The notes under the pieces were generated by a model. The model saw only the letters and a program-made list of their open reading frames with translations. It had not been told where the DNA came from and made no database searches. The translations under genes and the position numbers were made by a program. Positions 1 to 12,560 of a stretch of DNA of 64,000 nt are shown piece by piece. The number at the start of each line of letters is the position of its first letter. Positions within the stretch are counted from its first letter, which is position 1. Source of the DNA: Lama glama (Eukaryota); contig CM052817.1 in NCBI GenBank assembly GCA_028534125.1, forward strand, positions 6,016,001 to 6,080,000, in the 5' to 3' direction.

Positions 1-1
1 G

Positions 2-1186
2 CCTTCGTCTTTGGCCGCAAACAGCGCACATCTTCATTCTGTGGGGAAGGCATCCAAGGCCACTTCGAAAGCCACCCCTGAAGGTATTCAAGAAATTAAC
101 ATGTCATTCACTGGCGCTGGCTATTCCACGGGCACCCTCCAGAAACCTCAGGATGACGGTAGGGTTAATGGACAGCTTACTCGTCAGCAGGTGTATCCAC
201 AGTTTGTGGAAGGTGGCAGTGGGAAAGCCGACAGCAGAGTAACCAGGAAGCCACACGTGGCTACTCCAGTACTGATCCCCAAAGGGGCTGTGTTGAGGGT
301 TCTTAATTCCTCCGAGGAGTCCCACATTATAGAGGCCACATGTGAAGCACCTGTCAGCATCCCTTGCAATGAGACACAGGTAATCAAACCTGCTCCGTTC
401 TGTCCGGTGAAGCAGACAGACTCAGACGTGCAGTCTTTGGCGAATGAAAGCGGCCCAGTAGACCTGTCCCAAACTCCTGACGTGTCTCTTCGGCCTAAAT
501 CAAGAAAAGAGGCTGCTCATTGTAGCGCCCTGTCTAAAAGACCCGGACCCCTGCATGGACAGCAAGGAAGCGGTGAAGTGAGTAAGCAAGGGAAACTGTT
601 GTCCAGGAGTCTTCCTATAAGCAAAAGTAAAGCCAAACAAGTCAATTCATCCAAGAGGAAAAGCAGACTTCAGGCTGATGCCAGCCGCTGCCTCAAGGAT
701 CCTTCCATCTTTCAGGTTGCCAGACAGCTTCGACTGATCGCAGCTAAACCAGACCAGCTGATTAAATGCCCACGGCGCAACCAGCCCGTCATTGTGTTAA
801 ACCACCCTGACGTTGACTCACCGGAAGTGTCCAACGTGATGAAGGTCATCAACAAGTACAAGGGCAACGTCCTGAAGGTGGTCCTGTCGGAGCGGACCCG
901 GTGCCAGCTGGGCATCAGGCGGCATCATGTCCGGCTCACCTACCAGAACGCGGAGGAGGCCAGTCAGGTCAGAAGGCAAATGATGCTGAAAATGAAGCTT
1001 AAAAAAGTGCATAAAAACAACTACCAGGTGGTGGATTCCTTGCCTGATGACTCATCGCAGTGTATATTTAAGTGCTGGTTCTGTGGGCGGCTCTATGAAG
1101 ACCAGGAAGAGTGGATGAGTCACGGCCAGCGGCACCTGATAGAAGCCACGAGAGACTGGGACCTCCTTTCCTCCAAGGGCGACTGA
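2..1186 (+). CDS. ZNF518B: Zinc finger protein 518B, C-terminal ~394 aa of the large coding exon (5'-truncated by the window)
   Basis: The frame is open from base 2 to TGA at 1184-1186. The translation has the ZNF518-family C-terminal block (ARQLRLIAAKPDQLIKCPRRNQPVIVLNHPDVDSPEV...LKVVLSERTR) and a terminal C2H2 finger FKCWFCGRLYEDQEEWMSHGQRH followed by ATRDWDLLSSKG, as I recall for mammalian ZNF518B. The TTG start in the ORF track is not the real start. Confidence 0.93.
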   Translation, partial: PSSLAANSAHLHSVGKASKATSKATPEGIQEINMSFTGAGYSTGTLQKPQDDGRVNGQLTRQQVYPQFVEGGSGKADSRVTRKPHVATPVLIPKGAVLRVLNSSEESHIIEATCEAPVSIPCNETQVIKPAPFCPVKQTDSDVQSLANESGPVDLSQTPDVSLRPKSRKEAAHCSALSKRPGPLHGQQGSGEVSKQGKLLSRSLPISKSKAKQVNSSKRKSRLQADASRCLKDPSIFQVARQLRLIAAKPDQLIKCPRRNQPVIVLNHPDVDSPEVSNVMKVINKYKGNVLKVVLSERTRCQLGIRRHHVRLTYQNAEEASQVRRQMMLKMKLKKVHKNNYQVVDSLPDDSSQCIFKCWFCGRLYEDQEEWMSHGQRHLIEATRDWDLLSSKGD

Positions 1187-1609
1187 GCGAAAAGGTGGTC
1201 TTCGGAGCAAAGTGTTCTTACCTTCGGTTTATTCTGGTTTAGGCTGTTTGGTTCGCTTTCCCTCCCTGACTCAACAGGAGGAGGACAGAATGCCGGGAGG
1301 GGCGGCTGGTTCATCCTTTGGGTCCTGGGATGTTGAGAGCCGGGCGTCGGCACGGGACCATGACGACCGCAGCCCCTGAAGGAGTTACGCACAAGTTCAC
1401 AAACATGTATTTTTCTGCAGAGAAGTGAAACTCTCAGCAGATTTTTTAGTGGGATCTGAGACTTTCCTTCGGTCAGCACCCTTCTCCTGAGTAGATGAAA
1501 ATCTCTTCTGATCCATTCAGGGGGACGAGTTCAGGGTGTTCTACTCGTGCGCCTTGTGGAACAAATGCTACTGAAGAACTAAACCCATTTCTGGGTGTGC
1601 ACCTCCACT

Positions 1610-1640
<31 letters not shown>

Positions 1641-4350
1641 GCATTAACTCATCTCCCGCATATTTGGTACATAATGGAAATTCTGTCTTCTACTTTGTTA
1701 CCTTAAGTTTGGTTGTAGAAAAGTGGCCATTCTGGTCCCTCACCCACTCTGCAGTGTTCCTGAGTGTTCTCTACAAACAGATTTGTGCTTTCATTGACAC
1801 TTTTAAAAAATGATTCCCAGTGGTTTGCCTGAACTTACTGCAACAGCAGGTGTTAGGGGAAGAAAGAAACATTTTCAGGCCTTTGCTTTCTTTTTAAACA
1901 CCTTGATTTATGACAGTTGGGGAGGGAGTGTGCCTTTTGCCAAAAAAAAAAAAAAAGGAAAAGTAGAAATAGTCACTGAGGGAAAATATATAAAACTGTC
2001 TCCTGTTTTCCCCAGCACTGCCACAGAAGTCAAGTAAGCAACCAACTTAAAATGTGGGTGAACAGGCTTCTTACAGCATCGGCAGAATTTGGGGAGACAG
2101 TTCAAAACAGGATGGTGAGGAGAGCTGTGGCTTTAATGGAACTATTGGTTTTCATTTGGGAAAACGCAGACCGTGGGTGGGGGCTGCCCGCTCTTCCTCC
2201 ATCGCTGGTGGACCACAGACACTGCTCCCCCAGGCCAGAGCCTCCTCTCCCTTTGCCTTGAGGCCCCTTAAGGTTTTCCGTCATGAAAATAGTAAAATCA
2301 GGCAGGAATCAACAGGATGGGACCCGCCCACGTCCCTGGCTTTCATTGATGGCAGCGGTCTGCTTCTGACTCGTCTGAGTCGCAGCCGTGGTTTCCCTGT
2401 TGATCACCTTGTCTCAGAAGCAGCACGGAGATGAGTAACCCTCCTGCTGCCCCCGCCAGCGGAGGTCAGGACCCGTGCTGATCTCTAGTCCTCGGTGTGC
2501 AGTGGGCAGAAACCTGCCCTCTGCACCGCGTCCCGGCAGGCGTAGCCCGGGCTGGATCTAGTCCGCACTTGCCCGCTCAGCCGGGAGCCAGCCATCGTGC
2601 AGAACACAGACGGCCCAGCCACGAGGCAGAGCGGCCCCTTCGGGGACTCCTTCCTCAGAACCGAGCGCAGTGAGTGGCTCCAGCGCTGTTACGCCTGTGA
2701 AAAGGGCGTGAGGGCGACTTCCGTTGTGCGGGGTGGTTGGCGGGAGACTTGCTGATTCTTTTTCCATGTGGGAAGGTCTTAGCTTACCCTCTGGTACATG
2801 GGACTGTCATTCTTTGCAGTTGGTTCTCATTACAGATAATCAGCATGGCTTGTGTATAGTTCGTTACATAATCATTAAGTTGATTAGTTTGTATTGACAT
2901 TTAAAACTTGGGTTTTTTATATGTGTATATATGTACACATATAAATATTTTTTACCATATAAAACTGCAGTAGCTAATTTTTCGATTTCCTATTTTATAA
3001 TGAAATTATGTGGGCTGGAAAAATACAAAACATTTTATATTCTAGAAGTAATTTATTTTGGAAGTACATTTTTATAATGGTCTGATCTCATTTTTAGACA
3101 ATGAAAGCACAGTAAGTGATGGGTCTGATTTATACGAACAAATGGGAGCGGAAACCCCTGTGGATCATTGCAGTACAGTATTTGGTCCCTGCACATTTCT
3201 CGCTGGTGCTTTTTGGGAAATGGATTGTGTGCACCACTTCACTACATAAAGCAGAGCGTTCTCAAGTTTCATCCACGCAAAGATTTGCCCCTCCCCGCCC
3301 CCCCCCCCGCCCTCCGCCCAGCATGAAAGAAGGCTCTTAAGACTCGGAGAGAAGAAAAGGCTGTGATTTATTCTTTCTCTCCTTCTATACCTCACTGCTT
3401 AGTAGCACCTTTCCTGAAAGGCTGGACCATGACCTTTCAGGAAGACCATGAATCAGGTCAGAGTGTTAAATGTCCACGTGAAATATTTACACTTTGCAGC
3501 ATCTACTCGAAATTTTCAAGTATTACCTAAAACTCAGCGTATGTACTTGTACAGAGATAAATTTTGTGAGTAGAATATGTAGTTAAGCTTTTTGAGATTT
3601 TCAGAACTACAGTGCGTTTTAAGGAGTTAGGGCTCCTGGAAGTCAAAAAATGAGAAAGCAAAAAATGCCTGTCTTCCCTATAGAAAGAACTTTAGAATAT
3701 AGCTTAACATGTAGGTAAATGTCATGAAACGAACACATTCTAACAAAATAGGAGAAGGAGGGGCAGAAGTGTCCTGAGTGTGTACTTTCTTACCTTGATT
3801 TTGAAAGACCTCTGCTCACTAAATGTTATTCATAGTACCTACTACTAAAATCATCTTTAATTTATTTCTTAAAGTTTTTTTTTATTTTGGGGGATCAAGA
3901 ATGAGACGATCTTGTTATATTTATGATACCACAGAGTGGAAAAAAACTTTTTTTTAAGTATACTCAGATAGGTTCTGTTTTACTCAAATTTTTATCCCCA
4001 GTCTGGAACACTTTGTGAGCCCCTCTTCTGGGCCAAGTGCTGTTTGTTGAGCTAAACTGAACACAGTGTAGTAACTAACCCTCAAAAGTCACACCCCTCT
4101 TTCTCTAGGACATACTGTGTAAGCCATCCCAGGAGATGAAGACACGATGCTGCTCAGCCTTGGAATGCTTGTTGAATCTGGTAAATGTCAGTATGAGCAG
4201 AAAGCAAAACATTGCATAACATGTTTCGAGCATTATTATAAAGTCCCGTGTTAACAGTTTGTGTCTGCTGCTCTGATTTTGAAACACGTTTGTATATAGA
4301 TAGAGAAGTTGGAGTAAATTTTGTTAAATAAAGCAACTATAAAATTTTTT
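1187..4350 (+). other. ZNF518B: ZNF518B 3'UTR
   Basis: Follows the stop codon, has no recognisable transposons, contains U-rich blocks and ends at a canonical poly(A) signal. Confidence 0.7.
4327..4332 (+). promoter_or_regulatory. Polyadenylation signal AATAAA of ZNF518B
   Basis: AATAAA at 4327-4332, upstream TGTA at 4291, downstream T-rich element (tttttttctgtcctttcatttc). Confidence 0.7.
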
Positions 4351-5449
4351 CTGTCCTTTCATTTCAAATGTTAAGCATGTTGGCACATAGCCTGTCTTGT
4401 GCAATTTGTTTCTGAGCCAGGTAAAGGCATCACTCTGCACAGTGCAGGTGCTCTGAAGTCTGCGAGGGTGTATTTTGAATTAGATGCACTGCTCGTTAAT
4501 CAAGCATTCCCTGAAATGAGGCCAGTTTGTTTTGTTTTGCTTTGGCTTAAATTCTTCACAAGAAATGCTGGTTTGGGCAGCAGTGGTAGTTTTCATACCA
4601 TGGTCAGTGACATCAGGGAATGCGTGTGGGTCCCTGAGCTGCCCTCCACGTGTGCCCTTTCAGCTGGGAGTGGGGCTGGGCTGGAGGAGCTCCTAGGCGG
4701 TCAGCGGGCCTGCTGGGCCCTGTGGGCATGGCCGCAGAGCTGGTGCTCTATCCGGATACAGCAGAGCCTTTACATCTACTCCTGCCCACACGTGGGAAGG
4801 AAGGGTCAGGATGTTTGGAGAGGGGGCTTAATTCCCTCAGCTCCTTCCCGGCACGCAAGGAGTCAAAAAGACAAGAGACTTGGACTTGAATATTGGCAGA
4901 CCTTAAGGAAAGCAGGAGATGTGAGTTGCTCAGTTCATCAGTTTGGCTTATTTATGATCTGGCTTGAGTTGAGTCATCCTCTCATCCTATAGATCTAGTC
5001 TAGTAAGTTGTCACCTTGGCCGGTGCTTAGGGGAGAGTAGAGATAAGGCAGCAGAAGCCTGAAGAGGGATTTAATGAGGCCTGGACCTCCAGGGCTGATT
5101 GCAGTGTGACTGGAATAGGGCGCCTGGGCAGAAACTGACTTCGAGGCCAGAAAGGCCCAAAACAGCAGCCACTAGTCCACCTTCTATCGTTAAGAAAACC
5201 TAAGCCCAGAAAGATTAATAACAATGGATTTTCATGAAGGTTTATGTGAAGATGAGTGAAGTAATGGCTAGCCCAGTGTTCTGGCAGGAAGCACCATGGT
5301 AGCTCCCTGCATCTGTAAGGCTCTCCCCTTACGATGTGGAGAGCCTTTTGTTCCCAGGCTGCACTCAGCATGAGTTGCCTTCCTAAGCGTCCAACACGCA
5401 TCAGACACATTAGCTGGGAGGAGGTGTCATACTTGGAGTTAGCCTAGAG

Positions 5450-5900
5450 CAGTGCTCTCCAATAGGAACACACGATCCCTCTGCGTGGCCTGGACTCCTG
5501 GTAGTCACATTTAAGAGTAAAATGCAGATGAGAGCAAATGTTTTATTTGACCCAATACATCTAAAATATGATCTAAGCATTTTTCAGCTAACAGAAAATC
5601 TACTTAGACACTTTTTGTGTATAAACACTGTATATGTGTGTGTGTGAATATATAAATACATACACACTTAAAATGTTCTGAAATCTGTATGTTTTAAAGA
5701 TAAAGCATGTCTCCATTTTGATGCTAAATTTTCAGCTATAATGAGCTGTAGTCCTACCAAGACACTAAAGCTGTGCTTAGTAGCAAGACTACACTGCTTC
5801 AGTTTTTGTAATGAAATTAAAAATTCATTTCTTCCGTCATCCTGGCCACATTTGCAGTGTTCGTGACCCTTATGTGCCCAGTGTTTATGATACTGAAGAG
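5450..5900. mobile_element. hAT-Charlie DNA transposon relic (MER33/Charlie1-like)
   Basis: Begins cagtgctctccaatagg and contains ggtagtcacatt, ttttatttgacccaatacatctaaaata and ggccacatttgcagtg, resembling the MER33 consensus. Confidence 0.6.
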
Positions 5901-6360
5901 GAGAGGACAAGGACAAACGTCCTGTGTTGTAAGTATTACAGTACTTAACTTGTCTGGGCCTCCGAATGGGAGGAATCGGATCCCGTCTGTCTCTGTATCT
6001 AAGGCTAGGCAGGCTAGGTGAGGTTTCACGCTCACGTTTAGGGAACGCCAGTTCTGTGCGGTTTCTGTATTAATGCCCAGCAAGCTGTGCCATTTCTAGA
6101 TCTATCTGTACCTTAAAGAAATAGTTGCACATGCGACTTTTTGAGGTTATCACTTATTTTGCAGCTTTCGTTGGTCAACCAAGCAAAAGTGCATTTCTCA
6201 TCCACACCGTGTCCACAGTCTGCGGGAGGGTCCCCTTGTAGCTGCGCCATCCAAACCCCTTGGGCTTTTCCATCCCTGTGATGGGGAGAAGCAGCAAGAG
6301 GAGAGGGCCCAGTACAGGTGGGAAGCAACACACCACCCTTCCGCTCACAACCCACTGCCC

Positions 6361-6860
6361 NNNNNNNNNNNNNNNNNNNNNNNNNNNNNNNNNNNNNNNN
6401 NNNNNNNNNNNNNNNNNNNNNNNNNNNNNNNNNNNNNNNNNNNNNNNNNNNNNNNNNNNNNNNNNNNNNNNNNNNNNNNNNNNNNNNNNNNNNNNNNNNN
6501 NNNNNNNNNNNNNNNNNNNNNNNNNNNNNNNNNNNNNNNNNNNNNNNNNNNNNNNNNNNNNNNNNNNNNNNNNNNNNNNNNNNNNNNNNNNNNNNNNNNN
6601 NNNNNNNNNNNNNNNNNNNNNNNNNNNNNNNNNNNNNNNNNNNNNNNNNNNNNNNNNNNNNNNNNNNNNNNNNNNNNNNNNNNNNNNNNNNNNNNNNNNN
6701 NNNNNNNNNNNNNNNNNNNNNNNNNNNNNNNNNNNNNNNNNNNNNNNNNNNNNNNNNNNNNNNNNNNNNNNNNNNNNNNNNNNNNNNNNNNNNNNNNNNN
6801 NNNNNNNNNNNNNNNNNNNNNNNNNNNNNNNNNNNNNNNNNNNNNNNNNNNNNNNNNNNN
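6361..6860. other. Assembly gap (500 N)
   Basis: Run of exactly 500 N. Confidence 1.
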
Positions 6861-8289
6861 GTGAAGGTCCGCTGGACAGATGACTGTGGATGAACGAACT
6901 ATTAAATGGATGAATGAGGCTTGTTTCATCTTATTCATTGACCAGCTCATAGGAGTTGTCAGATGTTTATGTTTCTCTTTTTCAAATTCTTGAAGTAATC
7001 ATTTAAGTATATAGCAAAACAAAATTCTATTTTAAGTGTCTTACCGAGGAGGTGGCACCGGCTTCTGCAAAAGGAAAGAGAATCAGAAATTACACTGAAT
7101 GTTCTTTGAGCAGAGCTCGTGGTTGACGGTTTTGGGGTTTACAAATAGAAATGACAAATTCCAACCAACCTTCTGGGATTTATTTTTCAAGTGACATCCG
7201 AGACGTCACACTGTCCACGTTGCTATGCTTCTAAAGTAAAGAGTGGGTACAAATGCATTTTAATGCTTCTTCTTACCTTCTTTTCCTTTGTGGATTTGTC
7301 TCCTAAAACATAAGAAGGAACAGCAGTGAGTTTATAGAAAATGTCATCAAGCTATTTCCACACGCGTTTAAATGGAAATCACTCCTGTTTGAATCATCTT
7401 GTTGCTAATGGCAATTCGTATTTGTTGAGATCTTATTAGATACCCAGCACCATGCTAAATGCTTTAGTTTTGTGATCTCCTCTTAAGATTTCTTTTGGGG
7501 AAAGATCCAGCTGTCCAAAAACAATATAACAAAACACATGCTGTTCTGGATGATTTTAAGGGATCTTTTAGGTCTAAAATAACCACTTCATTGAACAAAA
7601 TTACCATTCTCCCTGTTTTGTTTCTGTTTTGGAAAACACTTGTTAAACAGGGTAGACTTCTGTGCATGAATCGAACACGGGTGGCAGACGGGAATCGTAG
7701 ATGTTCCCGGCATCGTGAAAACACAGACTATGACCCCGGATGTATTTCAACAACAGCAGCGGTCTAGTTAGTGTTAGATCTTCGGCTAGTTCAATGACGT
7801 GACTGAAAAACTCAGGCCACAGGCTGCTTTCTTAAGGCACGAAATTAGAAAACTAAAAACTAACTTCCCCTCATTTTACTGGGTATTGGCTTCGCCTTCA
7901 GGGCTCCCTGGGGAACTGCCTTATTGCTTATGCCGATGACTTTCCTGTGAAGCTAAGTGTCGGGTGTCCGAGAGGTCTTTTCTCACAGCTACCACTATAT
8001 CTGCTGGGGATCAATTCAATTCACTGGAAAAAAATTCGATAAAAAGATTAAGCACCTGGAATTCAATAGGAACGCTCCATTGATTGTTTCAGAGACATCT
8101 ATCCCACTGGCTTCAGTGACTGTGACGTTAGAAAAGGACATTTATCTTCCTTTCTCTCACTGACTTATTATGGAGCCTAGAGTGTATGTCAGGCATGGAT
8201 TCATTTTTAACATATTTATTGATGTAGGCATTGGGGAATATAATACTAAAAAAAGGTGCTATTCCCAGGTAAACGTACATTCCAGAGGC

Positions 8290-8630
8290 AGGAGACAGAA
8301 AATAAGGAAACAAGAATATGTGATGGCCGGTGCTGCCAGTGCTACAAAGGAGACTGAAGTGGGCTGAGTGAAAGATGGGGGAGGGGACTACTATGTTTTA
8401 GGCAGACCCTAGAAGCCCCCTTGGTGGACAGGTGATGAGAACAGAGGCCTGAAGAAATTGAGGAAGCACACCATGAGAATACCTGGGCAAGAATACCCCT
8501 GATAGAACAGCAAGTGCAAAGGCCCTGAGGCCGGATGAGACCAGGGGGGGACACTGTCTGAGAGGTGGTGGGGCTGGGGGTGCCCAGATCACACCGGGTC
8601 TCACAGGCTCTGGTGAGAACTTTGCTTTAA
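8290..8630 (-). mobile_element. L2 LINE fragment
   Basis: Typical antisense L2 3' motifs (gaacagaggcctgaag...cagcaagtgcaaaggccctgagg). Confidence 0.65.
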
Positions 8631-9764
8631 CCGTGTGCATCTTTTTGATACACTGTCCACGTGTCCTGTGCCTTCATTATAAGGTAAGGATTTCCCTGCC
8701 ATCAGTTAGTAGTCCCCTTCATTAAAAAAAATTCTGTATGATATTATCAGCAGCAGCACGAATCCTGAGGGCTCCAGCCTTATCACATATGCCTACCAGC
8801 AGCAATCTACGCCGGTGCGCTTCCCTTGTTCGTTGCTGAGGTAACTGAAACCCCACAGACTAAGAGGTAGACATGAACTTCAGGGTGAGAACTCCACAAG
8901 TGAGAGAACTAGACGCGCAGGAGAAGTGACTCGTCATTACTGTCATGTAGCTTTGATCGTAATCCAGATTAAATGCAAACAGCTTTTTTTTTTTGGAGGA
9001 AATAGAGTTCGTTTCATAAAGTAACAGCAACTCAGACATTTGGGAGAATAGAATAATGGAAGAGGAGATTTGGAGCTGAGTTCCTTAAGTTTGATTGAGT
9101 TTTGATTCTGTTACTACAGAAGGATCACGGCAGGTGCTCAATAAGTATCGATGACTTAAACAATTGGATGGAGGAATGGTTGAGTTTTCTCATCTGGGAA
9201 ACTAAGAAATGGTTACTCACACTTCATGGGAATTTCTGTGCGTAGTAAACGTGTCAATGCACTTTAGGCTTTAAGGCACACCCACTGTTACTGGTATTAT
9301 TGTCTCATGGACCGTTAGGGGGGAAATGGCAGTCTACCCCCGTGATGGGCGACACAAACATCCCCGAATGCTGTGAAACGTTCGCCGTCACCTAAGACCC
9401 AGGCAGCTGTTCTTTGAGGTCTTGCTCATCTTGAAATTCAACGAAGCAGCTTTCACCACGAGGAGGCGGGCGTGCTCGCCATCTGGTGGCCGCATGTGTC
9501 ATTAGCACCACCTGCCCAGCCTCTGTCCTCATGTCGCCCTTCCGTCGGAGACAAGATAATTTCACTTTCGCTGCAAAACGCATTGCTTCTTGGGAGATAA
9601 ACGGAGTCAGGTGAAAAAGCCTGGCTGTAGAATCTGTTGGACCTGGTTTGACTATTACTTCCATAACTTCTCAGGGTGAGTTTATGAGGAAGTTGTCAAC
9701 CTCAAAGGGTTCTGTGACATTAAAGCAAAGCTTCCTGGAGAAGAAGGAAGGTGAGACCTGCTTG

Positions 9765-10520
9765 TGGTGGTGTTTCCGGGTTGGAGTTGAGGGGCCGGTA
9801 CCAGCTTCCAGGAGCTGATTGTTGCATTTTCAGGACTTGGCAATACAGATGTTAAACACAGCCATTACTAAAAAATAAATTGTGTAAATGTACACTTGTA
9901 TCAAAAACAAAGGTAACACATGCTCAGAACTCACGGCTTCCTAACTCCTCCATCACATTTAAATATGCTCTTGAAGTTATTTACCTCTGTGGTGTCTATG
10001 GCGGAAATACTGGAAAATGGTATCTCTTTCCAGCTCTTTGTTCAATGATCATGTTGGTAGCTTGGACTCTGCCACAGGGGGAGTATTTATACCATGGAAA
10101 CTGGCAAAAGCTGCAAATCAGGGTTTGATTTATTGTTTTACTGCTGTCTAGACGCAAAAAAAAAAAAAGATGGAGACCATGTTGACAAAGCACGTTCAGT
10201 TTATAAGGGTGTTGATCTGTGGCCTCTGCCGCTACACCGTGAAGAGGCAGGCTGAGGGAGTGTATTGGAAAACTGTCATCTGTCTCAGCTAAGAAGTTGT
10301 TCATGTCATTATCTCCATTGTCCCCATCATTAGGCTACAGATACAAAAGTTTGCGGAAAAAAATCAGCAAAAACACTGTGAAAATCAGTTGGCTGTATGA
10401 AGCTGACGATTAAGACTGTTGTATATTCTATTATTTTAAAATTGTGTGCTACACGTCTTTTTACCAGTATAATTTATAATAACTGTGTATGCATACTTTT
10501 TTGAGATCCAATATTTTCTT
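9765..10520. mobile_element. MER63 (hAT-Blackjack) DNA transposon, MER63C/D-like
   Basis: Long match to the recalled MER63 consensus: gttaaacacagccattactaaaaa, aaaaacaaaggtaa, atgctcttgaagttatttac, gttggtagcttg, caaatcagggtttgatttattgtttt, aaattgtgtgctacac. Confidence 0.8.
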
Positions 10521-10559
10521 TAATATGTCTGTGGTGGGTAAACTACTTTCTTTTTTTAA

Positions 10560-12165
10560 ATAAAGACTAATTTTTAAAGCAGTTTTAACTTCACAACGGA
10601 ATTGAAAGGAAGGTACAGAGATTTCCCATTTATTCTCTGGCCCCACACATGCAGAGCCTCCTCCTTTTTATCAACATCCCTCACCAGAATGTTGCATTTT
10701 TCACCAAGGATGAAACTACACTGACACATCATAATCACCCGGAGTCCGTAGTTTACCTAAGGGCTCACTCTTGGTGGTGTACATTCTGTGGGTTTGGACA
10801 AATATGTAATGACCTGAATCCACCATTGTAACATCATACAGAGTGTTTTCACTAAAAATCTTCCGTGCTCTACATAGTCCTCTCTTCCCTCAAATCACAC
10901 CCTTGGCAATCACTGAACTTTTTACTGCCTCCATAGTTTTGCCTTTTCCAGGATGTCATATAGTTGGAAACATACAGAATGTAGCCTTTTCAGATCGGCT
11001 TCTTTTGCTTAGTAATATGCATTTAAGTTTTCCCCACGCATTTTCATGTTTTGATAGTGCATTTCTTTTTAGTGCTGAGTAATATTCCACTGTCTGTATG
11101 GACTGTAGTTTATGGATCCATTCTGCCACTGAAGGACATCTCGGTTGCTTCCAAGTTTTGGCAATTCTGAATAAAGCTGCCATAATGTCTGTGTGCAGGT
11201 TTTTCTGTGACATAAAATTTCAAGTCCTTTTGTAAATAGCAAGGATTGTGGTTGCTGGATCACATGGTAAGAATATGTTTAGTTCTGCATGAAACTGACA
11301 AACTGTCTTCCAAAGTGGCCGTACTATTTTGCATCCCCACCAGCAGTGAATGAGAGTTCCTGTCTCTCCACATCCTCACCAGTGTTTGGCGTCTGTGTTT
11401 TGATTTGGGCCATTCTAATAGATGTGTAGTGGTATCTCATTACTGTTCAGTTTGCATTTCCCTGATGACGTATGATGTGGAACATCTTTTCTTAGGCTTA
11501 TTTGCCATCTGCACATCTTCTTTGGTGAGGTGTCTTTTGAGGTCTTTGACGCTTTTTTTTCCCCATTGGGTGGCTTGTTTTCTTACTGTTTAATTTTCAG
11601 AGTTCTTTGTATATTTGGAGAACAGCCTTCCACCAGATGTGTCTTTCACAAATATTCTCTCTCAGTCTGTGGCTTGTCTTCTTATTCTCTTAATATTGTC
11701 ATTTGCAGAGCCAAAGTCTGTCATTTTAATCAAGTTGGCTTCTCAATTATGTATTTTTCCATCGATCATGCCTTTGTTGTTGTAGCTAAGAAGGCACCAA
11801 CATACCCAGGGTTATCTAGGTTTTCTACGTAATCTTCTATGACTTTTATAGTTTTGCCTTTTCATTTGGGTCTATGATTCATTTTGAGTTAATTTTTGCA
11901 AAGGGTGGAAAGTCTGTATCTACATGTATTTTTCTTGTAGGTGGATGTCCAGTTGTGCCAATGTCGTTTGTTGAAAAGACTATCTTTACTCCACTGTTAT
12001 CACCTTTGCTTCTTTGTCAAAGGTTAGTTGACTACATGGGGGTCTGTCTCTGGGTCTTCTGTTCTGTTCCACGGATCTATTTGTTAGTCTTTCATCAGTA
12101 CTGCGCCGTGCTGATTATTGTAGTCTTGAAGCTGGTTAGCATCTGCTCTCCAACTTTGTTGCCAT
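10560..12165 (-). mobile_element. Old L1 3' portion (L1MC1/2-like)
   Basis: L1MC-type 3'UTR (acactgacacatcataatcaccc...gtacattctgtgggtttggacaaat). The minus-strand ORF2 remnant reads AALFRIAKTWKQPRCPS..EWI.KL..IQTVEYYSALK. Confidence 0.9.
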
Positions 12166-12339
12166 ACATTTTTTTCAGAGATTTAGAGGTCAAATATTTG
12201 CCAGTGCTTGTGATCTGGTTTGGAGGCTACTACTAATGTGCTGTGTGACTTAATACAAGTTGTTTGGCCTCTCTGGTATCCTCATTGGTGATTTGAATGG
12301 TTGGAAAAGAAGACATGTATGTCCACAAATTTGTTTCTT

Positions 12340-12560
12340 GATAGAAGGGACAGTGACACAATAGAGTGGTCACAAATGAGATCTTTGAAGTCATTTAAGT
12401 TCTAGGTGGCTTCTAACCCTACCTCTATCACTGAGTAATCTTGGGAAAATTATTTAAATGTTCTGGGCTTGTTTCCATGTTTATAAAATGCAGATAATGA
12501 AGTGTAGTTCCTTGGATAGTTAGTATTAAGTAAAGTAATACATGCTTTTCCATTAGCTAC
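12340..12560 (+). mobile_element. MIR SINE
   Basis: MIR core (cttgggaaaattatttaa...ttataaaatgcagataat). Confidence 0.6.

Noticed and set aside
2320..2750. GC/CpG-richer patch as a promoter CpG island
   Set aside because: Short, inside the 3'UTR, with no downstream gene structure.
4399..4992. 197-aa ORF just downstream of ZNF518B
   Set aside because: Non-ATG start, lies beyond the poly(A) signal and shows no recognisable domain. Most likely a chance ORF.
6260..6950. ~200-aa ORFs spanning the N runs (also at 23801-24451 and 41827-42686)
   Set aside because: Artefacts of translating 500-N gaps. Only the L1 ORF2 tail after 42455 is real.
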